Positions 33,310 through 44,020 of a stretch of 64,000 nucleotides of DNA are shown piece after piece. Every line of letters starts with the position of its first letter. Positions within the stretch are counted from its first letter, which is position 1. The position numbers and the translations under genes were made by a program. This stretch comes from Epithemia pelagica (lineage: Eukaryota > Protista > Bacillariophyta), in the NCBI GenBank assembly GCA_946965045.2, contig OX337233.1, positions 1,178,001 through 1,242,000 of the forward strand, written 5' to 3'. The notes beneath the pieces were generated by a model. The model saw nothing but the letters and a program-made list of their open reading frames with translations. It was not told where the DNA came from and made no database searches.

Positions 33310-35700
33310 CTAGACGGTCGTTGCCAAGGACGATGTCGCAAAGGCAAATTGCGTGATATTGTCACAATTGTAGTCGGCTGCTTCCCAATCGGCAGGGGAC
33401 AAGCCTCCATTGGCCGCGTCCGGATCATTGGGAAACATGTACGCCAAGGCGGCCAAGCCGTACGCATTGGTCCCCAGCACGTATTGTCGAGTGGTAATAT
33501 TGGGCGTCGTGGTATCAAAGCGGGTATCGAGGTACAAGCGATAATCTGCATCGTCGAGACAAATGAGCGTGACGAGACCGGTATCGGTGCTCATGTAATT
33601 CAACATGTCCGCCAAGGGCGCAGCGTCAATCAAAGCGGTGGGATTGGAGAATTGGGGCGGATACAAATCGCTCATGAGACAATCCCATCCATGCAAAAAG
33701 TCTTGGTATTCCAAATGCGTCGCTTCAATGCCAAAAAATCGGTTTTCGGCAATGCTGGCCGACAAGTCGTTGGCGGCCACGGCCAACTCTTCATCGGTGC
33801 CTTGCACGGAAGCATTGAGCCAGTTGGTAATGGTGTCCAATTCAATCAAGTTGGCCCGCAACTCGTCATTTTCTTGTCTCGCCACGAGTTGAAGCTGTTC
33901 CAACTCGAGGGCCAGTTGATTCAATTGGTCATTTTCTTGTTCAAAAAAGGTGACATTGGATTCCAAATCTCGTTGAATGACAATCAATTCTTTATAGCGG
34001 GCATCCAAATCCGTGACATAGTCCCGCAACTCGGCCACGTCGTCGGCCAAGAGTTGATTGGTGGCAGCGAGAATGTCGTTTTGGGCGCCAATGTCGTCGG
34101 TAATGTTGCGCAATTCGTCATTGACAATTTCCAATTCATCAATTTGAGCTTCCAATTCGTAGACAGACGCATTGAGAAAGGCGCTCGTTTCTCGCAAAAT
34201 TTCATTTTGTCGTCGGAATCGGGCAATGCTGGCATTGAGAATGTCATTGCTCGTTTCGAATCGATCGTTTTCGACTTGTAAGCGTTTGCGTTGGACTTCG
34301 AGACGATTGACTTGATCTTCCAAATCATTGACTTGCGTATTGAGTTCGGGGACACGAACGCCCGTCCACACCCCCAAGGCCACGGCACCGGCCGCCAAGA
34401 GCGCCACACCACCCAGGACGGGACGACTCATGCCCGCAATGGATCGGGACGGTGCCGACTGAAAACTGTGTTGGACGGTCGAAGTGGGAGTGACGCCTCC
34501 CTCGTCGTTTTTGCCAGCTTCACCGTCTTTGGAGGCTGCACCCCACGACGACGATTTGCGGCAGGACTTGTTCTTGTTGTGGACCGGTGTCGTGGCCCCT
34601 TCTTCGTCGTCCTCCATCAAGGTGGAATCTTGAGCCGTAATGGAGGTGGAATTCAAGACGAGGCGTGGTTCGTCGTCGTCGTCGTCAATGTCGTCCGGTT
34701 CCTCCACATCGGGCTGGGTATCAATCTGTAAGGAGGGTCGCGGACCATCGCTCGAGACGGCGGTTGCGGCCGTGGTGCTCGGTGGAGCGGACCGACGCGC
34801 CATCCATACACCGGCTCCCACTCCAGCCGCGGCTGCACCCGTGGCAGCTACTGCGGCAGTGCCAGTCTTGTTGCTCTTCTTCTTTTGGTTCTTGGCGGGC
34901 AACGAGGACCGACGACGCAAATCGTCGTCCACTGATTGACTTTGGCGAAGGGCCGTGGTGGATCGCGATCGACCCTTGTGGCTGCGTCGTTGCTGTGATT
35001 CGGCACTGTCGGTGGACCGTGAGGCTTGAATGGATCCGCCCAAGACAATGACTTGGCCGGGCGACGTACTAAATCGCGTCGATTTCTTGACGCGAGGGGG
35101 AGTCGTCTCCGGAACCGAAGGGGGCGTTTTGGGTTTGGGAGGCGTTCCACCGACGGCGGCCGCCATGGCCGCCAAGGTGGCCGCTGCCGCGGCTGTGGTA
35201 GCAGGCGACGGAGGAGATGGCTTGGTTGCTTCTTCTTCTTCCTCCGTGGCTTGTGGTTTGCTGCTCTCTTGTTCCTCATCCTCCTCATCTCGTGGGGGCG
35301 ACATGGGCGGAACGGCCATGACGGCACCCAAGGCGGAAATGGTTTGTTCCAATTGTTGTTCGTAGTGTCGTTTTTGCGCTTGCAACACTTGGGCCGACGA
35401 TTGCTGGGCGGGAGGATCCGGTTTGAGGCTTTTGCGCGAGGACGCATCGTCGGTCGTGGTCAAGGGCGAGACGGAACGAGCGTCTCCGGCTTCTTGTGGT
35501 TCTTCAGCGGCTGCGGCTGCCTGTGGCGGCAAGTCGTGGGTTGCCGGTGGACCCTCCGTCGTCGTAGTGCCACTGACAGTCGTGGTGGCCAAGGATTCCT
35601 CGGGCGGTGCCGCTGCTGCTGCTGTTGTTGTGTCCATCGAAGGAGCTGGCACGTCCGCTGCTTCTGGTTGCGGTTCGGCGGGAGGATTGGACGACGCCAT
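33310..35700 (-). CDS. Single-pass TM/coiled-coil protein, paralog 3
   Basis: First ATG at 35700; TM VLGGVALLAAGAVALGVW, then RVPELNTQV, heptads, and WDC...ICL...WEAADYNC. Confidence 0.85.
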   Translation of the reverse strand: MASSNPPAEPQPEAADVPAPSMDTTTAAAAAPPEESLATTTVSGTTTTEGPPATHDLPPQAAAAAEEPQEAGDARSVSPLTTTDDASSRKSLKPDPPAQQSSAQVLQAQKRHYEQQLEQTISALGAVMAVPPMSPPRDEEDEEQESSKPQATEEEEEATKPSPPSPATTAAAAATLAAMAAAVGGTPPKPKTPPSVPETTPPRVKKSTRFSTSPGQVIVLGGSIQASRSTDSAESQQRRSHKGRSRSTTALRQSQSVDDDLRRRSSLPAKNQKKKSNKTGTAAVAATGAAAAGVGAGVWMARRSAPPSTTAATAVSSDGPRPSLQIDTQPDVEEPDDIDDDDDEPRLVLNSTSITAQDSTLMEDDEEGATTPVHNKNKSCRKSSSWGAASKDGEAGKNDEGGVTPTSTVQHSFQSAPSRSIAGMSRPVLGGVALLAAGAVALGVWTGVRVPELNTQVNDLEDQVNRLEVQRKRLQVENDRFETSNDILNASIARFRRQNEILRETSAFLNASVYELEAQIDELEIVNDELRNITDDIGAQNDILAATNQLLADDVAELRDYVTDLDARYKELIVIQRDLESNVTFFEQENDQLNQLALELEQLQLVARQENDELRANLIELDTITNWLNASVQGTDEELAVAANDLSASIAENRFFGIEATHLEYQDFLHGWDCLMSDLYPPQFSNPTALIDAAPLADMLNYMSTDTGLVTLICLDDADYRLYLDTRFDTTTPNITTRQYVLGTNAYGLAALAYMFPNDPDAANGGLSPADWEAADYNCDNITQFAFATSSLATTV

Positions 35701-36381
35701 GATGTGGTTGTGGTTCTTGTTGTGGTGTGGGTGTGTCAAGTGTGTCGCGGACGCGAATCTTTGGAGCACGAGATGCTATTGGTCTCCGAAAAACGAAAGA
35801 CAACGACTACGCGAACTAAACTCTGGTGATCTCTCTCTCTCTCTCTCTCCCTTCAAGGTTGGCAAAGAGTCCACAAGCAAACGAGAATGTATGGATATAG
35901 AGAATGGATTGTCTCTCTTGTCTCAATGTCTATACTCAAACAATTGTTTGTTGGTGGAACGAGGATGGTCGCGTGTGGTGCACCTCTCTTTGTCGAAGTG
36001 TGGTGGGGTTGGACGAAATTTGTGTGGGATTGCCCTTCGTTGGTGGGGGACGGAAGACGGAATGAGATGCGCGGAAACGGCCGCACGAACGAAAAATTCA
36101 CAAAACCAAAAAATTAGGCGAAACGGAAAAACGGGATTTCCAATCCAATGGAGTTCGGATGGCGGACGCGAACCATGACTGTCCCAACCAATTATCAAAC
36201 TGTCAAGCCCCTCATTCCTCCCCCGATTTCGAAAACCAAAACTGTGGGAAATGGATTTGTGATTGGACGGTGGATGGGTCTCTTGAAGAATGAGTCATGG
36301 TCGGCGGGCCATCGAGGTATACTCATGTCGAGAAGAAGTCTGGTGGGGAACATTCGTAACGCGGTTCACGTCCTATTCATC

Positions 36382-36652
36382 GAAAGCCAGAAAACCTTTG
36401 ACACTTGCCCAATAAAATGCGGATTGAGGCATTGATTCAACGCGGAACGAAACGGAGATGATTAGCATGGTCACAGAGCAAGAATGACACACACATCCAA
36501 AGAGATGCGCGCCTTTGGGGGGGAATTCAGTCCATGGATAAAGTGGTCCATGGCGAAGGAGTGTCGATGATGGGACGGAACTACTATCTCCATCTCTGGC
36601 CCTGGTCGAGCAGAAACGCAAAACCACTGGATTTGGAAATCGATCCTACCGC
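36382..36652 (+). repeat. Direct repeat, left copy (~270 bp)
   Basis: Aligns with 39255-39512, e.g. GATTAGCATGGTCAC.GAGCAAGAATGACAC and GGATTTGGAA.TCGATCCT.CCG. Identity ~80% by eye. Confidence 0.85.
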
Positions 36653-36852
36653 CGTCATTGCAACGGGCCCCATACGAATGAATCTATAAAAAGGTTCTAA
36701 TAAACTCTACTATATGGATGAAACTTGAATGGTTTTCTTCTGGTGAAACGACGAGAAAGGTACGTTGTGTGCCAGCATCCAAACACACTACACTTTTCTA
36801 CGGTCCATCCCCATCTGTAACGTCGTGTCGGTTGGAGACAGAACATCATTCT

Positions 36853-39093
36853 CTACGATTCGGGGTCCTTCAAGGCATCGAGAACCTTCCATGCATCCTC
36901 ATCGAACATTGTGTGAGCGTTGTCCTGGTTCATGCATGCGAGATATCCAAGCTTCCTTTTTTTCTTTGGGCCTTGCATCTCTCTCACCTGTACCTCGTCG
37001 TCTTCAAGAACTCCAGGGTTTGCACTTGTTGTACTATCACCGGGATATTGAATCATGAAGCGAACACAACCACGCTGACTACCATCTCTACCAACAAGTC
37101 TCGGCTTTACATCCTCCCAACGCCTTTTCAGAGCATCATAAGCAGTGATCACCTTCGAGGACCGCTCCCCGTCTTTCCCTCGGTGTTCATGGTACAGGAG
37201 AGATGGCGTGATCGTTCGTAAGGCGTCAAGTTGATTGAGGTCTTGACTCGTAGATCCATTGCATTGTCTGGGCAGGTGTTTCACATCTTAAAGCGAGTAC
37301 TCCAAAGGCTGACCTAGAGGGCACCGTGTAGTTCTCTGTCAAGAACTCCCCTCTCTTGCCTAGCTGCGCCTTGAGTACATTTTGAAACTTCCTTTGAATT
37401 GCTGGTAGCACCAACTTTTCGAATGCCTCACCTAACCCACCTTTTTCTTGCATCTTGATATGCTTGAGGACAGTCGTGTGAAGGGAGAAGTAATTGATGC
37501 CAGCTTGAATCATTATCGGTTCGTCGAGGACGGCCTTTGATCCACCCTTACTCAAAGCAGCTACACCGACCTCAATAAGGTCCTCATAGTCCTTATCAAT
37601 AATCACTGGCTTTCCGCCAACGGCAAACTTGAAGATGGCAGACTCGAGATTCTTGGCGAGCCGATATCCTCCTTCTGTAACTACCTTCTTAATACCACTA
37701 TAGGCTGTCCCCTCCGGGGGCTCAAATGATTTCCCTCCCTCCCCGATCTTGTTGTTTGTAAAGGTTGCAAGAAAGCGGTCCAAAGAATGCATCAAGCGGC
37801 CTCCGGCATCCGAGAATGATCCTTGGGTCCCAACGTGGTCACTCGCGGGCTTTCGAACCAAGTACAACTCCAAGAAGCTTGCTGCCCATCGTGGGCGACC
37901 CCGGAGCCACTTGGAGACGTGCTCAATAACCAAAGCGTTTGATGCTTTTCCCCCCTCTTGTGCTGTCTCCTGCACGTCCAGGTGGAGGAAATTGAGAAGA
38001 TAACTTTTGACATCCTTAGCATCGAGGAGATCAAAGGACTTGTCGATTAATTTTCTGTAGCTATGGAGCGGATTTTTTGCCATGCTGCTCGAATATGACT
38101 CATCCCGGATATCTTCCAGTGACATGCGTGTACCGGCCATAAGTGGATAGCCGGTCTTGACATTAAGAGTAATAGATAGTATACTTGTCATTGACTTTAG
38201 CACTGCTGAGAAGGCACTTCGCCGTTTGTTTCCTGTGCTGTCGAGGAAAAACGACTTTAGACTCGTCAGAAGGGCCTGGGCTTCATCAACCACTATGACG
38301 GACCAGGGCCAATTTTCGCACATATTTAAGGACATGTAGTGCATGACATTTGTGTCCAAGGGGCGTTTCTCTCCCAAATCAAAGCTTGAATGCAGACTTT
38401 TCCAAAAAGATCACACTTCAATGCCTGCTTGGGGAACAATTGAATCAAGAGCCAGTCGTACGGCGTGAGTGAATGCTGTTTTTTCGCAGCTAATTGCTTG
38501 TTGATTGAATCGAAAATGACAACCCGAATATAAATCATGATCATCATATACTTTTTCATGAATATATAATTACTTTCGCTCTTCACCAGTCGAGCATGCC
38601 GTAGTCTCTTTTTCTCTTCTTCTGGGTCTTGCGATTGCAAGTCATGATCAAATTGGAAGCTTTCATCACCCAAGGCAGAATGTGCGGTTCCAAACCGGTC
38701 GACCACATATGAGAGATCCACGGACCCGGGATCGTTTCCGGCACCGGCCAAAAAGTACAAGCCAAAGTTGTGGCTCAGGTATTCGTAGATGGAGCGCGTC
38801 TTCCCGGCTCCCGAAGTACCATACAATCCGCTGCAAAAGCCCCTGGATTCGTCAATGAACCTATACACGTCTTTTGTCTTGTGGTCGTCATCTTGGAGAT
38901 CGTATAACAAAAGCGACGGAATCTGCGTGTTTGTTTTGGATGGGTTCTGGGGGACGGATATCGTTTCCTCAGCCAGCAGGCCCGTCTCCGAATGGAAATC
39001 ATCCAAAGTGAATCGTTCAAAAGGCTTGTCTTTAAAGTATTGCTCTATGAAATCAGAGCACTCTTGAGCAATTGTTGTTTGCTTTGTAGACAT
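36853..39093 (-). pseudogene. Crinkler-type NTPase + REase gene, disrupted
   Basis: Walker A GTSGAGKTR followed by HNFGLYF, Walker B VIVVDEAQ, GRPRW, GLGEAFE. Frameshift at ~38370; deletions of 6 and 137 bp remove the nuclease core. Confidence 0.75.
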
Positions 39094-39254
39094 GTTGTTA
39101 TTGTGAACGAGTCGTTGTATTACCGATCAGTTTCTCATGAAAACCCAACTCAATCTGAAACGATTCGAGCGACCGACGTACGGACGTCGTCGTCCTATGG
39201 CCCAGAGGTTCGAGGTCGTCGCAAGCTCATGTGTCGTTTATTGTTCAGTGTTTA

Positions 39255-39512
39255 GAAAGCTCAAAAATTCAGTAACAAGTGCCCAATTCTCGGATTGAGG
39301 CGTTGATCAAACGCTGGACGAAACAGAGAAGATTAGCATGGTCACTGAGCAAGAATGACACGCACAACCGAAGAGATGCGTCCTTTTTTGGGTATTCAGT
39401 CCATCGATAAAGTTGTCCATGCCTTCCATGATAGGACGGAACGATCTCGATCTCTTGCCATGGTCGAGAGGAGAGTCGCAAAACCAATGGATTTGGAACT
39501 CGATCCTTCCGC
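39255..39512 (+). repeat. Direct repeat, right copy
   Basis: Aligns with 36382-36652. Confidence 0.85.
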
Positions 39513-40018
39513 GAAGGGAATGGGAATGGGCCCCGCTTCGTGATGACGCTACATCGGGACTGGAACGTGACTGGGACCGATTCTCCTCGTCTCGAGCTTT
39601 TCTCTACTCCCAAGTAGGGGTAAAGGGTCGCATGTGTGTCGTGCTTTTGGTGTGCAAACTCATATTATGTTCTATCTCATGCTCATCAAATTTCGATCAC
39701 TAATCCTCATGACTCACCCCCGATCGGGGATAAGATTTTCTCCAATGTTGAAAGAGACATTATTTCAGTCTTGGGTGACTGGAGACGGGATGGTTTCTAC
39801 CTATTTTGGTCGTATTGGAGTTAGATGACTTTTGTTGGTATCTTGTATCTTTTGGATACAGCACAAGATATCTTGTGCCGTTCAATGTACCGAATACACA
39901 GGGATAAGAGATACGAGTCAGAGATCTGATAAACTGAGGGCTTGTCTCGAAAACACCTGCATAAAAAAGTCGACACTGTTCGTCTGTGCCAAGAATCTTC
40001 TCGGTCTCCAGCAAGAAC

Positions 40019-41875
40019 ATGGCTCGAAGCATAGTCTCCTTGCTGTTTGCGATCCAGCTGTTCTTCCAAGGATGCCCTGGTGTTTTGTGCAGACTATTGG
40101 ACTTTCTTGATGATTTTGGTGCTATTCCATTTGATGAGTCCAAGGAAGCATGTCAACACATCTCGGACCTCCTAGCTCGAATCCTCTAACACAACGCATC
40201 GAACAATGTTCTACGAGTTCCATTCAACCAAACGTTTTATCTACATCATGGAATCGCCGCTCAGGCGGTCAACAATAGCGTGATACAACTGGACGGAACC
40301 ATTCGGTTTCAGCGTATTGATTTTCCGGACGATCCGCACCACGCATGCTTGAAGATCACAAGGACACGTAACTTTACCCTAACGAGTAATTATCGCGGAC
40401 TCATCGACGGGCAGGGATCGCAGGTACGTTGCATTTTGCTTTCGAAGCTGAAGCTTGACAACCACCATCTCCTCACTATTGCGCTGCCTTTATCAGTATT
40501 GGGGAGTGCCTGGGGTTGGCTATTTATGTCGAGGGGAGCATCGTCCTCGATTGTTACGATTCGACCTCACGGAAGACCTGCTCATTGAGAACATTATTCT
40601 TCAAGACTCCCCATACCACACCCTTTACCTTGACGCTGTGAACCATGTCGAGATTCGCAACATTAGCATCGTTGCACGTCGCACTAACAAGGACAAGCAC
40701 AGGTATATTGATATGACTGCGTTCAATACTGATGGAATTGATGCTGCTGGGAGCAATGTTTGGATTCATGGTAAGTTTTTGCACCATGATGTTAGATGAA
40801 CGGATACCTGAGCACTCACGTGGTTGGATTCGTATGTCCAGACTGCGACATTTGGGTCCAAGACGATTGCATTGCGGTCAAGGACGTAAAAAAGCATGAA
40901 GGTATCGAATTCAATCCAGTTTCCTCAAATATGGTTTTTGAACGAATCAACGCATCAGGTCTTGGACTTACCATTGGTTCGATTCAAGGTACTCATGTCA
41001 AAAACATCACATTTAGGGATAGCTACTTGTATCGAACTATGAAAGGTATCTATATGAAGTTTGTAAAACCGAAGCACGAGTACCTGGAACGTGGTGTTGG
41101 TGCCAAGGTGTAGGACATTTTGTATGAAAACATTGCCATGGAAGAACCGGCCCAGTGGGCCATATGGATTGGACCAGCACAACAGGCGGACTCTGGTGAT
41201 CCGTGTCACGCCAATCCCTGCAGTTTGTGCTGGCCCTGGTTGAAAGGATCAGAATGCAATGTTGTTGCAAACGACAAGTTTCGTGACATTACGCTTCGCA
41301 ATGTACGAATAAACAATCCTCAAGGATCAGTTGGTTTGATCTATGGAAATCAATCTGAAACCATTGATAATGTCGTCTTTGATAATGTTCAGGTTACCAA
41401 AGGAGACCCTCTACCGATATCCAAAATCGACATCCATGAAACCTTTCCTGGAACTCGTCAACCGGTTCGTGATTTTTGGGTCTCTTCCGATTGGACCAAT
41501 TTGGAACTAAAGCAGAAAGAAGATGAGCTTCATGGTCATTTGAAAAAAGCAGGTCTTGGAGCAACCGCACCGAAGAAAATGCATATAAATTGGCTTGAAA
41601 TCTTGAAGGAAATCGTTTGTAGTGAGCTGGATCCCTCGTTTAAGGAGGTACGCAAGACGGGAGGCATACTCGATGGAATAAGAAGCACATTATTTGGAGC
41701 AACTCTGCTCCCCCATCAAAAGCCTGAATGGCTAAAGGCTGATCGCTATTATGTGTGCCAAGGCGTGAAGAACGGAGTAGCAAAAGGGAACACGTCTCCT
41801 GTCCCAGATTGCTTTGAGAAAGAAGAGGAGCGGTCTGCAAGGACGAACAAGAAGACAGCCTACAAAGAACTATAG
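40019..41875 (+). pseudogene. Glycoside hydrolase family 28 (polygalacturonase-like) with two premature stops; introns 40424-40496 and 40771-40841
   Basis: Signal peptide; DFGAIP, IDGQG, QDSPY, NTDGID, QDDCIAVK, GLTIGS. In-frame TAA at 40187-40189 and TAG at 41111-41113. Confidence 0.8.
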
Positions 41876-42385
41876 GGATTGGGAAGCCGACACATGTTAT
41901 TACTTCTAGTTCAGCAATATCTGGTCTTGCTAGGCCTTGGCTTTTCCTATTAGTGAAATCGATACCATGTTGTGTAATGTCTAGTAGGATCAGCATGGCC
42001 GTACGCAGCCCAAAAGAGAGCGCCCAGCATACTACTTTCTGTGGAGCCAGTGCTAGGGGTCGTCAACAATGGATAGCTCCACATAATGGCGCATCCATTC
42101 TCAGTTTCAGGCCAGCAATTCTTTGTTACTCAATCTTTGCGTACCACCGAAGCATATTTTCCAAACAGGTACGCGGGGAGGAACGAGTGCCTTGAATCTC
42201 AAGAGTGTCAGTTCTCTTGCTACTGTGGCTCATGTGGGTTTGTGAATTGCTGTCAACTTCGAATCGTGTGAGACTGCGTGCAAATTCAGTGACAGCATCA
42301 TAGCGTGGACCCTGTCATGATTGCTTGTCAATTCCCAAGTAGGACTTTCGTGACAAAGCTTGTTACCAGGAGTCTACCAGTAGTG

Positions 42386-44020
42386 TCACTGGTTGGACGG
42401 TAAGCAGTCTTTGGGCAGCTGTACCGTAAACACTCCTGGTTGTCCCTTGGGCAATGAAAAGGACTTGGCCAACCAGGTTGGATTCGAAATCTCGGTGCAA
42501 TATTGTCCAATCCCTTCACCGCGAGCCAAGACTTGACGATGCAAATTGGGATCTGTCGCCCGTTCTTGGTAGGACACTTGTCGGGTGGGACCCAGGGTGA
42601 CCATTCCCACCACATGTCCCTTTGAGAATCCACGAGGCAATCGTGTCCATTGTGGAATATCTTGACTGTCCTTGGCCAAAATATCGCGAAAGGTCTCTTG
42701 ATCAGGCCAGTCACGACGACCACAAGCCACCAAGATCTTGGTACCCACCGGCAAGTCTTGAAAGAGGGGTTGTTTCCGAGACTCGACCGTCTTGACTCCG
42801 TTCAACAAAAGAGAACAAAATGGCTGACTCATGGAAAAGCAAGGCATGTCCACAGTTTCTGTTGTTCTTGGTTGGCGCTTATCGTCCCCTGCTGCTTCAT
42901 TGACAAAAGCGTCTAGAGTCGCCGACCATCGACCCGGTCGACGCCTGTCTTCCGATAAGGTAAATGTCACCAGGTGTCCCGCCTGAAGTGTTCCTTGCAT
43001 CTCTGCCGGAACTTGCGATTCATGAAAGAAATACTCATCCTGTACCGCATTGTCATTGTCAATGACAAACCCAAACCCCTTCTTGGGTGAAAAGAATTTG
43101 ATCCTACCCATCATTACAGTGCCCTCGGGCGGCGAAGAGGATGTCTGTGACCCTGCCTTTCGTGCTCCACTCGATGCACTTGGTGAGATATCCAAATTCT
43201 TGCTGTCCAGGACATATCCCATCCAGTGCCGTGCATCCTTGCCTGCCTTTAGGTCACTGTATTTTTGCAGGGCCTTGACAAAATGTTCCATGGTCATGCC
43301 TCGTGGTGTATGACAACACAAGACTCCCAACTGACTAATCTCCTTCAAGTTCATGGACACATTGTCATCGAAAAACAGCATTTCAGTGTAGGCAAATCCT
43401 GTGGCCTGTTTCAAATGAGCAAAATGTTCTTTCTTGCTCCCTTTTTGAATTTCCACCAAGTTGGATCCAAACAAGGATTGGATCGGAATCCGCTCGTTCG
43501 AATCTGTCGTTACCACAAAGTCTTGAAGCAACTGGTGCGCCCATCGCGTACGAGTGGTGCGACTGGCAATGGCCAACTTCATATCATCGCCCGTCGATGG
43601 CGCGGCGGCAAAGAATTCGAGAATGCGTCGGGCATCGTCAAAGAGACAAATGTCCCGATCGGCCTGTGGCATTCCACCCTGACGTTGGTTGGGTATTCGA
43701 AGTTGATACAATTCCGGTGTCCACAACGTATTGTCCAAGTCAAAAACGAGTAACTTGGGGAGAACTTCAAGTTGAGACAAAAAATCTGTATCCAAAACAA
43801 AAGTCTGGTCTTGGTTTGTTGTTGTTGTTGTCGTCGACATGCCGAGAGTAGACGAACGCTTGAAATGACTCGATTGGGGAAGAGATTTTGGAGCGTTGCG
43901 ATCCAACCGTTGTGCAACCGGAGACATCCATGCAGCAGAGGGTACACACAGACATGCCAACAGGAATTGGAGTAGCAGCACGTAGCCCGCAGCAAACACC
44001 TTGCCGCTCAACCATGCCAT
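42386..44020 (-). CDS. Predicted plastid-targeted fusion: MDP-1-type HAD phosphatase + cold-shock domain + ASCH domain
   Basis: Signal peptide ending SAA-W plus a S/T/R-rich transit-like segment; FDLDNTLW/ASRT/K/FFDD; GRIKFFSPKKGFGFV..YFFHES; SMSQPFCSLLLNGVKTVESR. Confidence 0.85.
   Translation of the reverse strand: MAWLSGKVFAAGYVLLLQFLLACLCVPSAAWMSPVAQRLDRNAPKSLPQSSHFKRSSTLGMSTTTTTTNQDQTFVLDTDFLSQLEVLPKLLVFDLDNTLWTPELYQLRIPNQRQGGMPQADRDICLFDDARRILEFFAAAPSTGDDMKLAIASRTTRTRWAHQLLQDFVVTTDSNERIPIQSLFGSNLVEIQKGSKKEHFAHLKQATGFAYTEMLFFDDNVSMNLKEISQLGVLCCHTPRGMTMEHFVKALQKYSDLKAGKDARHWMGYVLDSKNLDISPSASSGARKAGSQTSSSPPEGTVMMGRIKFFSPKKGFGFVIDNDNAVQDEYFFHESQVPAEMQGTLQAGHLVTFTLSEDRRRPGRWSATLDAFVNEAAGDDKRQPRTTETVDMPCFSMSQPFCSLLLNGVKTVESRKQPLFQDLPVGTKILVACGRRDWPDQETFRDILAKDSQDIPQWTRLPRGFSKGHVVGMVTLGPTRQVSYQERATDPNLHRQVLARGEGIGQYCTEISNPTWLAKSFSLPKGQPGVFTVQLPKDCLPSNQ

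Noticed and set aside
14632-35829. Many long antisense or alternate-frame ORFs (e.g. 33259-34281, 35026-35829, 30652-31530; also 53120-55153 further downstream)
   Set aside because: These are shadows of real genes on the opposite strand; codon bias and low complexity explain the lack of stops.
36382-36652. Direct repeats as a CRISPR array or as retroviral LTRs
   Set aside because: Only two long diverged copies; no spacers, PBS, PPT or RT between them.
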